In this document: positions 39,202 to 48,585 of the stretch, piece by piece
Layout: each line of letters opens with the position of its first letter
Position numbering within the stretch: the stretch's first letter is position 1
Source of the DNA: an uncultured Flavobacteriales bacterium
GTDB lineage: Bacteria > Bacteroidota > Bacteroidia > Flavobacteriales_F > PHOS-HE28
DNA length: 64,000 bases
Direction of reading: 5' to 3'
Assembly (NCBI GenBank): GCA_963706125.1
Contig: CAVPLQ010000003.1
Coordinates: 471,571-535,570, forward strand
The notes under the pieces: model-generated
Told to the model about the DNA's origin: nothing
The model's database searches: none
Seen by the model: only the letters and a program-made list of their open reading frames with translations
Program-made: the position numbers and the translations under genes

Positions 39202-39269
39202 GCAGAAGATGGACCGCTCACCACCGGCGAACGGCCCATCTTCTGCTCAAGATCCGTATATCCCGGTCC

Positions 39270-40027
39270 TTACTCCTCCCCGTCGATACCCAAGGAGAGG
39301 TTGGACATCGCGCGCTGGCTGGCGGGTGAGGCCATCATCGGCATACTGTCCACGGAAAGGTCGATCCCCTTGAAGAGCAGGGCCAAATTGACATCCACCT
39401 GAGCGATGAACACCTCACCTTCGGTCAGGTCGTGGTGCACGTGCGCATGGGCCTCCGTGAGGAGCATGTCCATGCCGCATGCATAGTTCACCACCGTTTC
39501 GAAACTTCCGTTGTTGTCCAGATCCGCATGGCCCGTCGCTACAAGGAATTTATGGCCCATGGTCGCATTGAACCACATGGTGCTATCGTTCAACGGAGCT
39601 GGCGACAGGTCCGGGATCACGCTGTTGGCCATCTGATCCAGCCCGAGGTCGAAATGGAACTGGTGGATGTGGGAAGCATGAATGGCACCAATAGCGAAAA
39701 TGGTGTCGGCGTGAGCCGCGTCCACCAGCAGGTAGACATCCTCGTAATGCGCCAAAACATTGCCTTCGTCATCAAAGGCATGCGTGCCGCTCACGAAAAA
39801 CCGGACCTGATCCAGCTTCACTGCGTGGCCCAGGCTGTCCTGGATTCTGTATCGTTGAGCGTGAAGGGGTCCTCCACGTTCAGGAAGTTGAAGTGCATCC
39901 GCACAGTGGCATCCACGGCGGTCTCCGTGGTGCTGGTCGACGTTGGAGGGTCCTCAGTATCCTTTTTGCACCCGGCGATGGCCAGCAGCATGGTCGCCAT
40001 GATGGCGGCTTTTGAAATGTTCTTCAT
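39270..40027 (-). CDS. His-rich lipoprotein, hypothetical; interrupted by a frame shift near a C4 run (about 39820-39878)
   Basis: Lipobox MATMLLAIAGCKK in ORF 39818-40027. ORF 39270-39821 continues in the -1 frame with His-rich motifs (AAHADTIFAIGAIHASHIHQFHF, AHAHVHHDLTEG). One inserted nucleotide in the window acgtggaggaccccttcacg...gccacgcag fuses them. Confidence 0.5.
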
Positions 40028-40096
40028 CTGTTGAATGATCTGTTGTTGTTGTTGTTCGATCGTCCCGGCCTTTGGCCGCGGACGGGAGGGGTTTTC

Positions 40097-41047
40097 TCAG
40101 TCCCGCTCGAAACTGTAGGTGATGCCCGCTAGGAAACGTTCTCTATTGGGGATCATCAGTGAACCGAGGTCGTTCACCAATGCATGCTGCCAAGTGAATG
40201 AAAAGCCCAAGGCCTTCCACCACAACTGGGCGCCCAGTTGGCTGAACAATGTGGATCCACCAGTGGTCTTGTCGGCGACACCCTCCATTTCGTCGGGTAG
40301 CGCACTTTCCAAATATCCGCCTGCGGCCGGCAACAATTTCAACCCCTTGATGGGAATGATCCGGAACACTTGTGCGGTGAACGCCGCACTGTGCCCAAGC
40401 TGGTATCCGTCCTCCATTACACCGTTGTAGCGGCCCATGATGCCCAAGCTGGTTCCCCATGCTTTGCCGCGCACCGAGTATTCCAGGCTCAGCAGTCCGT
40501 CCCACGTGCCGGTGCCGGGTTGCAGGTCGTGATCGAGTGTTTCGCCGAATTGCTGTACATCATGCCGACCCAGCGGGAGCTTTACACCCAACCCTACCGT
40601 GAAGCGGTGGCGCAAGCGGGTGGTGTCCGGGCCGGACGTTGAACCCAATACCACGTAGCGCCCCAAGAGTATGGGGTCGCCGATGGCATAGATGTTCGCG
40701 TGGCGCACGCCGTCCACCGCTTGGAAATTATTCAGCAATGGAATGCTGGCGGTGAGGCTGAAGCGTTGTCCGAACCAGTACTGGCCGCGGGCCTCCAGCA
40801 CGGAGTAGGCCTCCTTGTATGATGCGGTGGCATTGACGGTCTCCACGTGTCCGCCGTGCTTGGCCAGGTTCATCGTGGCGGGCGCGGTGATGTCACCTTG
40901 CAGGTAGCGCATGCGCCATTGGAACCCGAAATTGTTGGCGTGGTCATGTGGCTGCACGCCGAGCAGCAGGCCGCAACCGCATTGGTCGCAAGCCCAGCTG
41001 GGAAGCGCCGCGAGCAGCAGCGCGCCCAGCACGAAAAGCTTCTTCAT
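40097..41047 (-). CDS. Outer-membrane beta-barrel protein with an N-terminal CDQCGCG motif right after the signal peptide
   Basis: Signal MKKLFVLGALLLAALPSWA then CDQCGCG. Alternating amphipathic strands. C-terminal aromatic residue (SFERD...F-like terminal segment ITYSFERD). Confidence 0.6.
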   Translation of the reverse strand: MKKLFVLGALLLAALPSWACDQCGCGLLLGVQPHDHANNFGFQWRMRYLQGDITAPATMNLAKHGGHVETVNATASYKEAYSVLEARGQYWFGQRFSLTASIPLLNNFQAVDGVRHANIYAIGDPILLGRYVVLGSTSGPDTTRLRHRFTVGLGVKLPLGRHDVQQFGETLDHDLQPGTGTWDGLLSLEYSVRGKAWGTSLGIMGRYNGVMEDGYQLGHSAAFTAQVFRIIPIKGLKLLPAAGGYLESALPDEMEGVADKTTGGSTLFSQLGAQLWWKALGFSFTWQHALVNDLGSLMIPNRERFLAGITYSFERD

Positions 41048-41107
41048 TGGAAAATGAAATTGATGACAGGAAAGAAACAGCAACCGTTCCTTGGAACGGG
41101 GGGCCGT

Positions 41108-41479
41108 TCAGCACCAAGGCACCGGCGCCTGGGGGCGCTGGTGGCCATCGAGCGGCTCTTCACTGGAACTTCCCCAAGGGAAGAGGATCCCATTGGACGG
41201 CAGCATCACGGCCAGTCCGCTTTCATCTGCGATCATCTCTCCGATGCGCACTGCCCGAAGTTCATTGGGCAGGTTCTGTTCCCTTTCACCGCACTTATCC
41301 AGCCGCTTCATCAAGCTGCATTCCCCGTGGCAGGTGCGCTGTGCATCGGGTACCATCCGCTGCACGCAAAGTTCCCGTTGGATGCGGTCCTGTTCGATCC
41401 AGAAATCCGCCACGATCCAGCCTGGAGCGATGGTGATCGCGATAAAGTGCAGCAACAGGAAAGTGGTTAGGCCGCGCAT
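41108..41479 (-). CDS. Small Cys-containing membrane protein (hypothetical), first gene of a three-gene cluster
   Basis: ATG at the reverse complement of 41477-41479. One TM (FLLLHFIAITIAPGWIV). CHGEC...C motif. Confidence 0.45.
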   Translation of the reverse strand: MRGLTTFLLLHFIAITIAPGWIVADFWIEQDRIQRELCVQRMVPDAQRTCHGECSLMKRLDKCGEREQNLPNELRAVRIGEMIADESGLAVMLPSNGILFPWGSSSEEPLDGHQRPQAPVPWC

Positions 41480-41756
41480 CAGGGTGCGAACTTAAGCCCG
41501 AGGCCATTTGTAGGAATGACTGACATCAACCCGAAAAGGACCCATGGCATGGATCACTGATGGGATGCGTGGGAAAGGGAGTGGTTACACCGCTGGATTT
41601 GACTCGGCAGGCAGATCCGTGGCACTTCCACGCAGATCCTCGTCACTATGAGGTTGGGGTGCGGGGGTGCCGTCGGCCAGGGTAGACGCATCTCTTCCTC
41701 ACCATCAATGCGCCCACCCGCCCACAGGAAGCCGGGCATCGAACGCCCTTTGGGCG

Positions 41757-41887
41757 TAGTTCGCTCAGAATTTGAACCACGGATGGACACCGATAAACAC
41801 GGATACAAGAACGGCTTCATCCATGCCTGCCTGCCGGAGGCACGGTCGATCCGTGTTTATCCGTGGTTCCTACAGACTTGAGCGCCG
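41757..41887. promoter_or_regulatory. Nested inverted-repeat element with four CACGGAT heptads in the divergent intergenic region
   Basis: gaaccacggat ggacaccgat aaacacggat ... 44 nt ... atccgtgttt atccgtggttc. Outer 11-bp and inner 10-bp stems. The inner loop carries a further small hairpin (gcctgcc..ggaggc). Confidence 0.4.
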
Positions 41888-41985
41888 TTAGGCGCGATCA
41901 TCATCCGCCGCATGGCGGACCACTTAGATGCGTTTGCCCTGTGCCACTGGCCCCGGCCATCCTCCGCACTTCGTAACATCGCAGC

Positions 41986-44322
41986 ATGTTCCACCTGCTC
42001 GTGAGGGATCTACGGATCATCACGCTTCCTCTTTTTCTTGCACCCTTGTTCGCCCTTGCCCAGCCTCCGATGGCCACATTGACCGGACAAGTGGTGGATG
42101 CACGATCCTTTCAGCCCGTGCCCGGCGCAGCGGTATTGCTCATTCCCGGCAACGTTTCGTTGACCACCGCCAGTGATAGCACCGGGCATTTCCGCATCGC
42201 GGCCATACCGGTGGGGCACTACGCGCTGCGGGTGGCCGCTGTGGGCTACGATACCTTGGAAATACCCGAGCTGTGGCTGCGCGCGGGCAAGCAGGCCGAG
42301 CAACGCCTGGAGCTTTCACCGGCAACGGCCCTGCTCGGCTCGGTGACCGTGAGCGCCATGGCCCGGGAACAGCTGTCGCCCTTGGGCTTGAAATCCTTCA
42401 CCGTGGAGCAGAGCCTGCGCTGGCCCGCCACATTTTTTGATCCGGGAAGACTTGTAGCGGCCCTGCCCGGGGTGGTGGGCGCCAACGACCAGGCCAACCA
42501 TTTGATCATCCGCGGCAACTCGCCCAACGCCAACGTCTGGACCTTGGAGGGCGTGGAGATCGTGAACCCGAGCCACACCGGCAATGCGGGCACTGCCAGC
42601 GACCTGCCCACGCTCAGCGGCGGCGGGGTGAACATCCTCAGCGCACAAATGCTCAGCACCTCGCAATTGCTCACCGGCGTCCTCCCCATCGCGAACGACA
42701 ATGCCTTGGGCGGGATCCTTGACATGCACCTGCGCAATGGCAATACACGCGAGCAGGAATGGACGGCCCAAGCAGGGCTGCTCGGCATCGACCTCTCCAC
42801 CGAAGGCCCCATCGGCAAGAGCGGCCGCTCCTCGTACCTGGCCAATTACCGCTACTCCACGGTGGGGATCCTCGGCGCTTTGGGCTTGGACCTTGGGGAC
42901 GAGGCCATCAACTTCCAGGACCTCTCCTTCCATGTCACAATGGGCGTGGGCAAACGGGGCGAAGCGCATCTCTTCGGCCTCGGCGGCAACAGCAGCAACG
43001 TCTTCGAAGCCATCCACGATACCACGCAATGGGAAGTGGACAAGGACAGCAGGAACATCGACTACCGCTCCAGCATGGGCGCCGTGGGCGGAAGCATCCG
43101 CGTACCCGTAGGCGGAAAGACCACCTTCACGTCCACGATCGCGGTCTCGGAGATCGACCAAGAGCGTACGGAGGAGCGGTTGCTATCGGGCTATTCCGTG
43201 GACGTGCGTTACGATGTGGAATTGAGCGAGCGGAAACTCTCCGGCGTGGCACAGGTGGACGGGGCGGTGGGTGCCCGCTTTCACTACACCGTCGGCGGCA
43301 GTGCGATGCAACGGCGTGTGAACACCTCCATGGACCCGGACCTGATCGGCTGGCTGGTTCGCCCTTGGCTGAGCGGACGCTGGAGCTTCACCGATCGCTT
43401 GCAGGCCACGGTCGGCCTGGCGTGGTCCTGGTTCACCTTCAACGATGACAATGCGCCGGAGCCGCGCGCGACGCTGGAATGGCGCATGCCGCACAACCGC
43501 AAAGTGGCTTTGGCCTATGGCCTCCGATCTCAATTGCCGGAATGGCAAGTGATGCGTGTGGGCACCATTGGCGCTCCGAACAACAACGCGGGGATCGGGC
43601 TCACGCGCGCACAGGATGTGGTGCTGGGCTACGACCATCCCGTGAACGACCATCTGTCGCTGCACGCCGAAGCCTACTACCAGCTACTGTTCAATGTTCC
43701 CGTGCTGAACGCCATCTATCTGGATCCGCAATTGAACACGTTCAGCATGGTGAACACGTGGGACGAACCCGTGTCTTTCCCGCTGAGCAACACCGGCTCC
43801 GCCACCAACACGGGCGTGGAACTCTCCATACGCCTCGACTTCGCGAACAACATGTTCTACCACGCCAATGTTTCCCTGTACAGCAGCCAATGCACGGATA
43901 TCACCGGTTCCACTGAAGATTCCCGTTGGCACGGCCGATACATCATCAACCTCTTCGGCGGAAAGGAGTTCAAGAAGGTGAAGGAAGATCGCGTGCGCAC
44001 TTGGGGTATCAGCGGGAGGCTGAACGTGAACGGTGGACCACGGGGGGATCCGATCAATATCCGCCTCTCACAGGCGCTTGGCGGAACGGTCTATGAAGGG
44101 CCTCCATGGTCCGAACAGCTTGGCACCTTCTACCGGATCGATCTGCGTGTTTACCTGAAGAAGGACCGGAAAAGCCGCACCGGCATGTGGTCTTTGGACC
44201 TGCAGAATATGACGGACGCACAGAATCCAGCATTCCGTTACTACGACAGCCGCAAGGGCGAAGTGATCACGAAATACCAGCTCGGCATCATCCCGAATCT
44301 CAGCTACCGCATCGAATTCTAA
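41986..44322 (+). CDS. TonB-dependent receptor with N-terminal carboxypeptidase-regulatory-like domain
   Basis: Signal peptide. CarbopepD_reg-like LTGQVVDARSFQPVPGAAVLL. Plug domain. C-terminal beta-barrel ending in aromatic F (LSYRIEF). Confidence 0.88.
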   Translation: MFHLLVRDLRIITLPLFLAPLFALAQPPMATLTGQVVDARSFQPVPGAAVLLIPGNVSLTTASDSTGHFRIAAIPVGHYALRVAAVGYDTLEIPELWLRAGKQAEQRLELSPATALLGSVTVSAMAREQLSPLGLKSFTVEQSLRWPATFFDPGRLVAALPGVVGANDQANHLIIRGNSPNANVWTLEGVEIVNPSHTGNAGTASDLPTLSGGGVNILSAQMLSTSQLLTGVLPIANDNALGGILDMHLRNGNTREQEWTAQAGLLGIDLSTEGPIGKSGRSSYLANYRYSTVGILGALGLDLGDEAINFQDLSFHVTMGVGKRGEAHLFGLGGNSSNVFEAIHDTTQWEVDKDSRNIDYRSSMGAVGGSIRVPVGGKTTFTSTIAVSEIDQERTEERLLSGYSVDVRYDVELSERKLSGVAQVDGAVGARFHYTVGGSAMQRRVNTSMDPDLIGWLVRPWLSGRWSFTDRLQATVGLAWSWFTFNDDNAPEPRATLEWRMPHNRKVALAYGLRSQLPEWQVMRVGTIGAPNNNAGIGLTRAQDVVLGYDHPVNDHLSLHAEAYYQLLFNVPVLNAIYLDPQLNTFSMVNTWDEPVSFPLSNTGSATNTGVELSIRLDFANNMFYHANVSLYSSQCTDITGSTEDSRWHGRYIINLFGGKEFKKVKEDRVRTWGISGRLNVNGGPRGDPINIRLSQALGGTVYEGPPWSEQLGTFYRIDLRVYLKKDRKSRTGMWSLDLQNMTDAQNPAFRYYDSRKGEVITKYQLGIIPNLSYRIEF

Positions 44323-44327
44323 CCCCC

Positions 44328-44693
44328 ATGAAGATCCTGTACCTCGTCCTCTCCGTGATGTTCCTCGTGTTCGCCGGACTTCAGTGGAACGACCCGGACC
44401 CGATCCACTGGACCCTTTGTTATTTGGCCATCGCTATTTCCTGCGCACTGGCCGCCTTCGGGATTTTTTCGAAATGGTGGCTGTGGGGTGTCACCATCAT
44501 CATCGGGATATGGATGCTCATCGCCTCCCCGGCATTTGTCCATTGGGTGCAGGGCGGCTTCCCGAACATCGCCGGGCAGATGGAGGACTCGCGCCCGATC
44601 ATTGAGGAGACGCGGGAATTCGGCGGCCTGGTCATTGCCTTTGTGGTGATGCTCTTCATCGCCCTGCGAGGCGCAAGGGGGCGCCTGAAGTAG
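44328..44693 (+). CDS. Small integral membrane protein (3-4 TM), hypothetical
   Basis: ATG 44328, 5 nt after the TBDR stop. MKILYLVLSVMFLVFAGLQW... strongly hydrophobic. Confidence 0.5.
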   Translation: MKILYLVLSVMFLVFAGLQWNDPDPIHWTLCYLAIAISCALAAFGIFSKWWLWGVTIIIGIWMLIASPAFVHWVQGGFPNIAGQMEDSRPIIEETREFGGLVIAFVVMLFIALRGARGRLK

Positions 44694-44847
44694 CCAACGC
44701 CCAAGTTCCCGTCGTCCTTGTCGTTTTCCTATAGGTTCAGTGCAACTTTGGATGCCGAACGGGGCCTTAACCGTTCAAAACTTTTGGACCTGAAAAAGGT
44801 CCTAAGCGGGAAAATTGCCACCTTCACGGCACCGAACCCCGTCCACC

Positions 44848-46509
44848 ATGCCGCTGCAACCCTACGCTGGACCTTTCGGCGCCCCGGAACTGCGCCATCT
44901 TCTGCGGCGCACGCTTTTCGGCGCCAGCAACGCCGACCTCGCTCATTTTGCGGGCATGTCGTTGACGGAAGTCGTGGACGAACTGCTCACCTTCACCAAC
45001 AACACCACGCCACCGATCAAGGCGTATTCGATCCCGGACGGCAGTAACCAGCCGGACCCGACGCTGGTGGATCCCGATGTTCCGTTCGGCAGTACATGGA
45101 CCACCGTGGTGCGTGACCCCGGTCTGGTCCCGAACCCGAACATTCAACGGGTGGGAAGTTTTCAGCAATGGTGGACGGGGCTCTTGGTCGGTCAAGAGCG
45201 CAACGTCCGGGAGAAGATGGTGCTCTTCTGGCATACCAACCTGGCCACGCAGGCATCCACGGTGCAGCTCGCCGAGCCCTTGTACGTGATGAACCAACTG
45301 CTGCGTGACCAGTGCTTGGGGAACTTCCGCAGCATGATGTTCGACGTGACGGTGGACGCCTCCATGTTGATCTACCTCAACGGCTACGTCAACACCAACC
45401 TGGCCCCGGACGAGAACTACGGCCGCGAGCTAATGGAGCTCTTCACCTTGGGCGAGGGCACGGGCTACACGGAGGAGGACGTGCATACCGCGGCCCGCGT
45501 GCTCACCGGGTGGACCGTCCAAATCCAGAACGGCGGCGCGCCGATCTTACCAGCGGTGGGGTACTTTCCTTTTCTCCACGACGCCACGGACAAGCAGTTC
45601 TCGGCTTTTTTCAACAACACCGTGATCCAGGGCCAAGCCGGGGCTGGCGGGGGCGCGACGGAGATCAACGCACTGCTGGACATGATCTTCGCCAAGGAGG
45701 AAGCTGGCCTGTGCATGGCGCGCAAGCTCTACCACTTCTTCGTCCACGGTGAGATCTCAGCGGAAGTGGAGACGGACGTGATCCAGCCCTTGGCACAGAT
45801 CTTCCGCGACAACGTCGCCGCGCCGGACCAGATGCGGATCGTGCTCCAAGCGCTGCTCACCAGTGACCACTTCTTCAGCGCGGATGTCCGGGCCTGCATG
45901 ATCTCCAGCCCTACGGACTTCATCATCGGCACCTTGCGCGAACTGGAACTGCCCATGCCCACTACCGCGCAGTTCGAGGCGCAGTACTATATCTGGAATT
46001 CCATCTTCAGCCTCTTGTACGTCACCGGGCAGGCGGTCAGTGAGCCGCCGAACGTGGCCGGATGGGTCGCCTATTACCAAGCTCCGTTGTATGACGGGAT
46101 CTGGATGGACACCGCGTCCTACGTCTATCGCCTGTACACCTATCAGGTCATCACTTACCTCGGCCTCTCCACGCCGAACAACCTCTTCCAACCGCAAAGC
46201 CGCAACCTCCAGCTCACGATCGACCTCATCGCGCTCACCCAGCAGTTCACCACACCGGAGGATCCCAATGCCTTGGTGGCACAGGCGGCGGAGCTCCTTT
46301 TCCGCGTGGACGTCTCGCAACAGGTGAAGGACCAACTGAAGACCAACTACCTCCTGTTCGGCCAGCAGAGCGACCACTATTGGACCGACGCCTATCTGAT
46401 CTATGTGGCGGACCCGAACACCCAGAACACAACGGCACAATTGGTCCCCACCCTGCTGATGGGGCTCTTCCTCGACATGCAAGGGGCCGCTGAACACCAA
46501 CTGGTCTAA
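44848..46509 (+). CDS. DUF1800 family protein
   Basis: N-terminal ELRHLLRRTLFGAS motif typical of DUF1800. Followed by a DUF1501 gene (conserved pair). Confidence 0.75.
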   Translation: MPLQPYAGPFGAPELRHLLRRTLFGASNADLAHFAGMSLTEVVDELLTFTNNTTPPIKAYSIPDGSNQPDPTLVDPDVPFGSTWTTVVRDPGLVPNPNIQRVGSFQQWWTGLLVGQERNVREKMVLFWHTNLATQASTVQLAEPLYVMNQLLRDQCLGNFRSMMFDVTVDASMLIYLNGYVNTNLAPDENYGRELMELFTLGEGTGYTEEDVHTAARVLTGWTVQIQNGGAPILPAVGYFPFLHDATDKQFSAFFNNTVIQGQAGAGGGATEINALLDMIFAKEEAGLCMARKLYHFFVHGEISAEVETDVIQPLAQIFRDNVAAPDQMRIVLQALLTSDHFFSADVRACMISSPTDFIIGTLRELELPMPTTAQFEAQYYIWNSIFSLLYVTGQAVSEPPNVAGWVAYYQAPLYDGIWMDTASYVYRLYTYQVITYLGLSTPNNLFQPQSRNLQLTIDLIALTQQFTTPEDPNALVAQAAELLFRVDVSQQVKDQLKTNYLLFGQQSDHYWTDAYLIYVADPNTQNTTAQLVPTLLMGLFLDMQGAAEHQLV

Positions 46510-46521
46510 CGCCACCACACC

Positions 46522-48108
46522 ATGGACAGAAGGGATTTCATCCGAAGCACCTCGCTCGCCACGCTGGGCGGCTTTGCCCTGCGCGGCATGAGCAGCCCGC
46601 TGTTCGCGCCCCTGCTTGCGGCCGGTGTGGAGGAGGGCCGCGTGTTGGTGATGGTCCAATTGTACGGCGGCAATGACGGACTGAACACCGTGATCCCACT
46701 GGACCAGTATTCGCTGCTCTCGCAGTTCCGGAGCAACGTACTTATCCCCGAAGGACAAGTACTTGGCCTGTCCGGCACGGGTGGTGCCACCGGGCTGCAC
46801 CCTTCGCTCACCGGGCTTCAGGCCCTTTGGAACGACGGCAAACTCTCCATCGTGCAAGGCGTGAGCTATCCGGACCCGAGCTATTCCCATTTCCGGGCAA
46901 CGGACATCTGGGAGACCGGTTCCGATACGGACCAGACGCTGGAATCGGGTTGGGTGGGGCGCTACCTCAACAACGAGTTCCCCAATTATCCGGCGGGATT
47001 TCCGAACGTGGACATGCCCGATCCGCTGGCGATCCGGATAGGGGGGCCTGTCAGCATCGGACTGCAGAACATGGGCGTGAGCATGGGCGTGGCGATCAAC
47101 AACACCGAGGATCCGCTCAACCTCACGGGCAGCCTGTACGTGGACCCCATCACCCCGGACTGCCGCGGCGAGAGGCTCGATCTCGTGCGCACCGTCCAGC
47201 GCCAGACCGACGAGTACGGCGATGTGATCAATGCCGCGGCCGTGCAAGGCTGCAACCAGAGCACGCTGTACCCCACGGGCAACCAGCCCGGCGCAAAGCT
47301 GGCCCAGGCCCTGAAGATCGTAGCGCAGTTGATCTGCGGTGGCCTGAAGACCCGCGTGTACTGGGTCAGCCTGAACGGCTTCGACACGCATGCCGAACAG
47401 ACCGATACCGGGGACCACACCATCGGCGCGCACGCCACGCTGCTCCAAGGTGTCAGCGATTCGATCCGCGCGTTCCAGGACGATCTGTACCTGCTCAACT
47501 TGGAGGACCGCGTGATCGGGATGACCTTCTCGGAGTTCGGCCGCCGCATCATGAGCAACGGTTCCGGTGGCACGGACCATGGTTCGGCGGAGCCGATCTT
47601 CATGTTCGGCACGCAGGTGGTACCGGGCATGCTGGGCCAGAACCCGCAGATCGACCCGAACACCACCTACAACACGAACCTGCCGATGCAGTACGACTTC
47701 CGCAGCGTATATGCCTCAGTATTGAAGGACTGGTTCTGCGTGCCGCAAGCGGAGATCGACCAAGTGCTGCTCGACTTCTACCAACCGCTCACCTTGGTAG
47801 ATCCGGCCGGTTGCCTTAGCGCAGGGCTTCATGAGCTGAACCAAGGTGCTGGCGAATCCCTATTGGACGTTTGGCCGAACCCGTTCACGGAGACCACCTC
47901 CGTTCGCTTCACCAGTAACGGCGGGCGCGTCATACTTCAAGTGTTCAACGAGGAGGGCCGGATCATGCGCATTTTGGTGAACCAGGACATGCCAGCCGGA
48001 ACGCACACGACAGGATGTGATCTGGGCGACATGCCCGCTGGCGTCTACTACTGCCGTTTGCAGAACGGAAGCCGGCAGCAGGTGAAGAGCATACTGAAGG
48101 TGCGTTGA
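46522..48108 (+). CDS. DUF1501 (sulfatase/phosphatase-like) protein with Tat signal and a type-A T9SS C-terminal sorting domain
   Basis: MDRRDFIRSTSLATLGGFAL twin-arginine signal. DUF1501 core (GGTDHG). C-terminal LLDVWPNPFTETTSVRF...GVYYCRLQNG...KVR matches the Por_Secre_tail (TIGR04183-like). Confidence 0.8.
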   Translation: MDRRDFIRSTSLATLGGFALRGMSSPLFAPLLAAGVEEGRVLVMVQLYGGNDGLNTVIPLDQYSLLSQFRSNVLIPEGQVLGLSGTGGATGLHPSLTGLQALWNDGKLSIVQGVSYPDPSYSHFRATDIWETGSDTDQTLESGWVGRYLNNEFPNYPAGFPNVDMPDPLAIRIGGPVSIGLQNMGVSMGVAINNTEDPLNLTGSLYVDPITPDCRGERLDLVRTVQRQTDEYGDVINAAAVQGCNQSTLYPTGNQPGAKLAQALKIVAQLICGGLKTRVYWVSLNGFDTHAEQTDTGDHTIGAHATLLQGVSDSIRAFQDDLYLLNLEDRVIGMTFSEFGRRIMSNGSGGTDHGSAEPIFMFGTQVVPGMLGQNPQIDPNTTYNTNLPMQYDFRSVYASVLKDWFCVPQAEIDQVLLDFYQPLTLVDPAGCLSAGLHELNQGAGESLLDVWPNPFTETTSVRFTSNGGRVILQVFNEEGRIMRILVNQDMPAGTHTTGCDLGDMPAGVYYCRLQNGSRQQVKSILKVR

Positions 48109-48180
48109 ACCGCCTCTCTGTTCATTGCTGATCAGCAGGATGGACCTCCGGCCCCATCTTTGCGTCTCGACATTTTTACC

Positions 48181-48573
48181 ATGAGAACACATCTCCTCCT
48201 CCTCGGCATCGCATTCTTCGCGTTTGCCACCGCAGCTTCCGCGCAGAACACCATCTACAGCTATGCGATCGGCAATTGGAGGAACGGTCCCACGGTGGAG
48301 ATCTCGCCCTTGTTCGAGACCACCGAGATGTTCACCACGCCGCAACTGATCACCTGGGTGCGGCACGAATGGCCGGAGTCGTTCACCGACACCACGGACA
48401 TCGACGTACTGCGCTTTGCCACCATCGAGGAGGGCAGTGAGAGCCGCACCATATTGAAGGCCAAATACGGTGTTCGCAAACTACCGGTACACATGTTCGA
48501 GCAGGACCCCATGCCACGGACACCGGCGGCACCGGCAAAGCCCGCCACGCAGTCCACGGGCGCACCCCGATAA
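48181..48573 (+). CDS. Hypothetical secreted protein
   Basis: Signal peptide MRTHLLLLGIAFFAFATAASAQ. Pro/Ala-rich C-terminus. Confidence 0.45.
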   Translation: MRTHLLLLGIAFFAFATAASAQNTIYSYAIGNWRNGPTVEISPLFETTEMFTTPQLITWVRHEWPESFTDTTDIDVLRFATIEEGSESRTILKAKYGVRKLPVHMFEQDPMPRTPAAPAKPATQSTGAPR

Positions 48574-48585
48574 GGGGCGCGGACC

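Noticed and set aside
41880-41985. Cobalamin riboswitch upstream of the TonB-dependent receptor (GCCACTG B12-box-like heptamer at 41943).
   Set aside because: Only the heptamer is present. The other conserved cobalamin-riboswitch elements were not recognisable by eye. Left as a low-probability note needing an Rfam scan.
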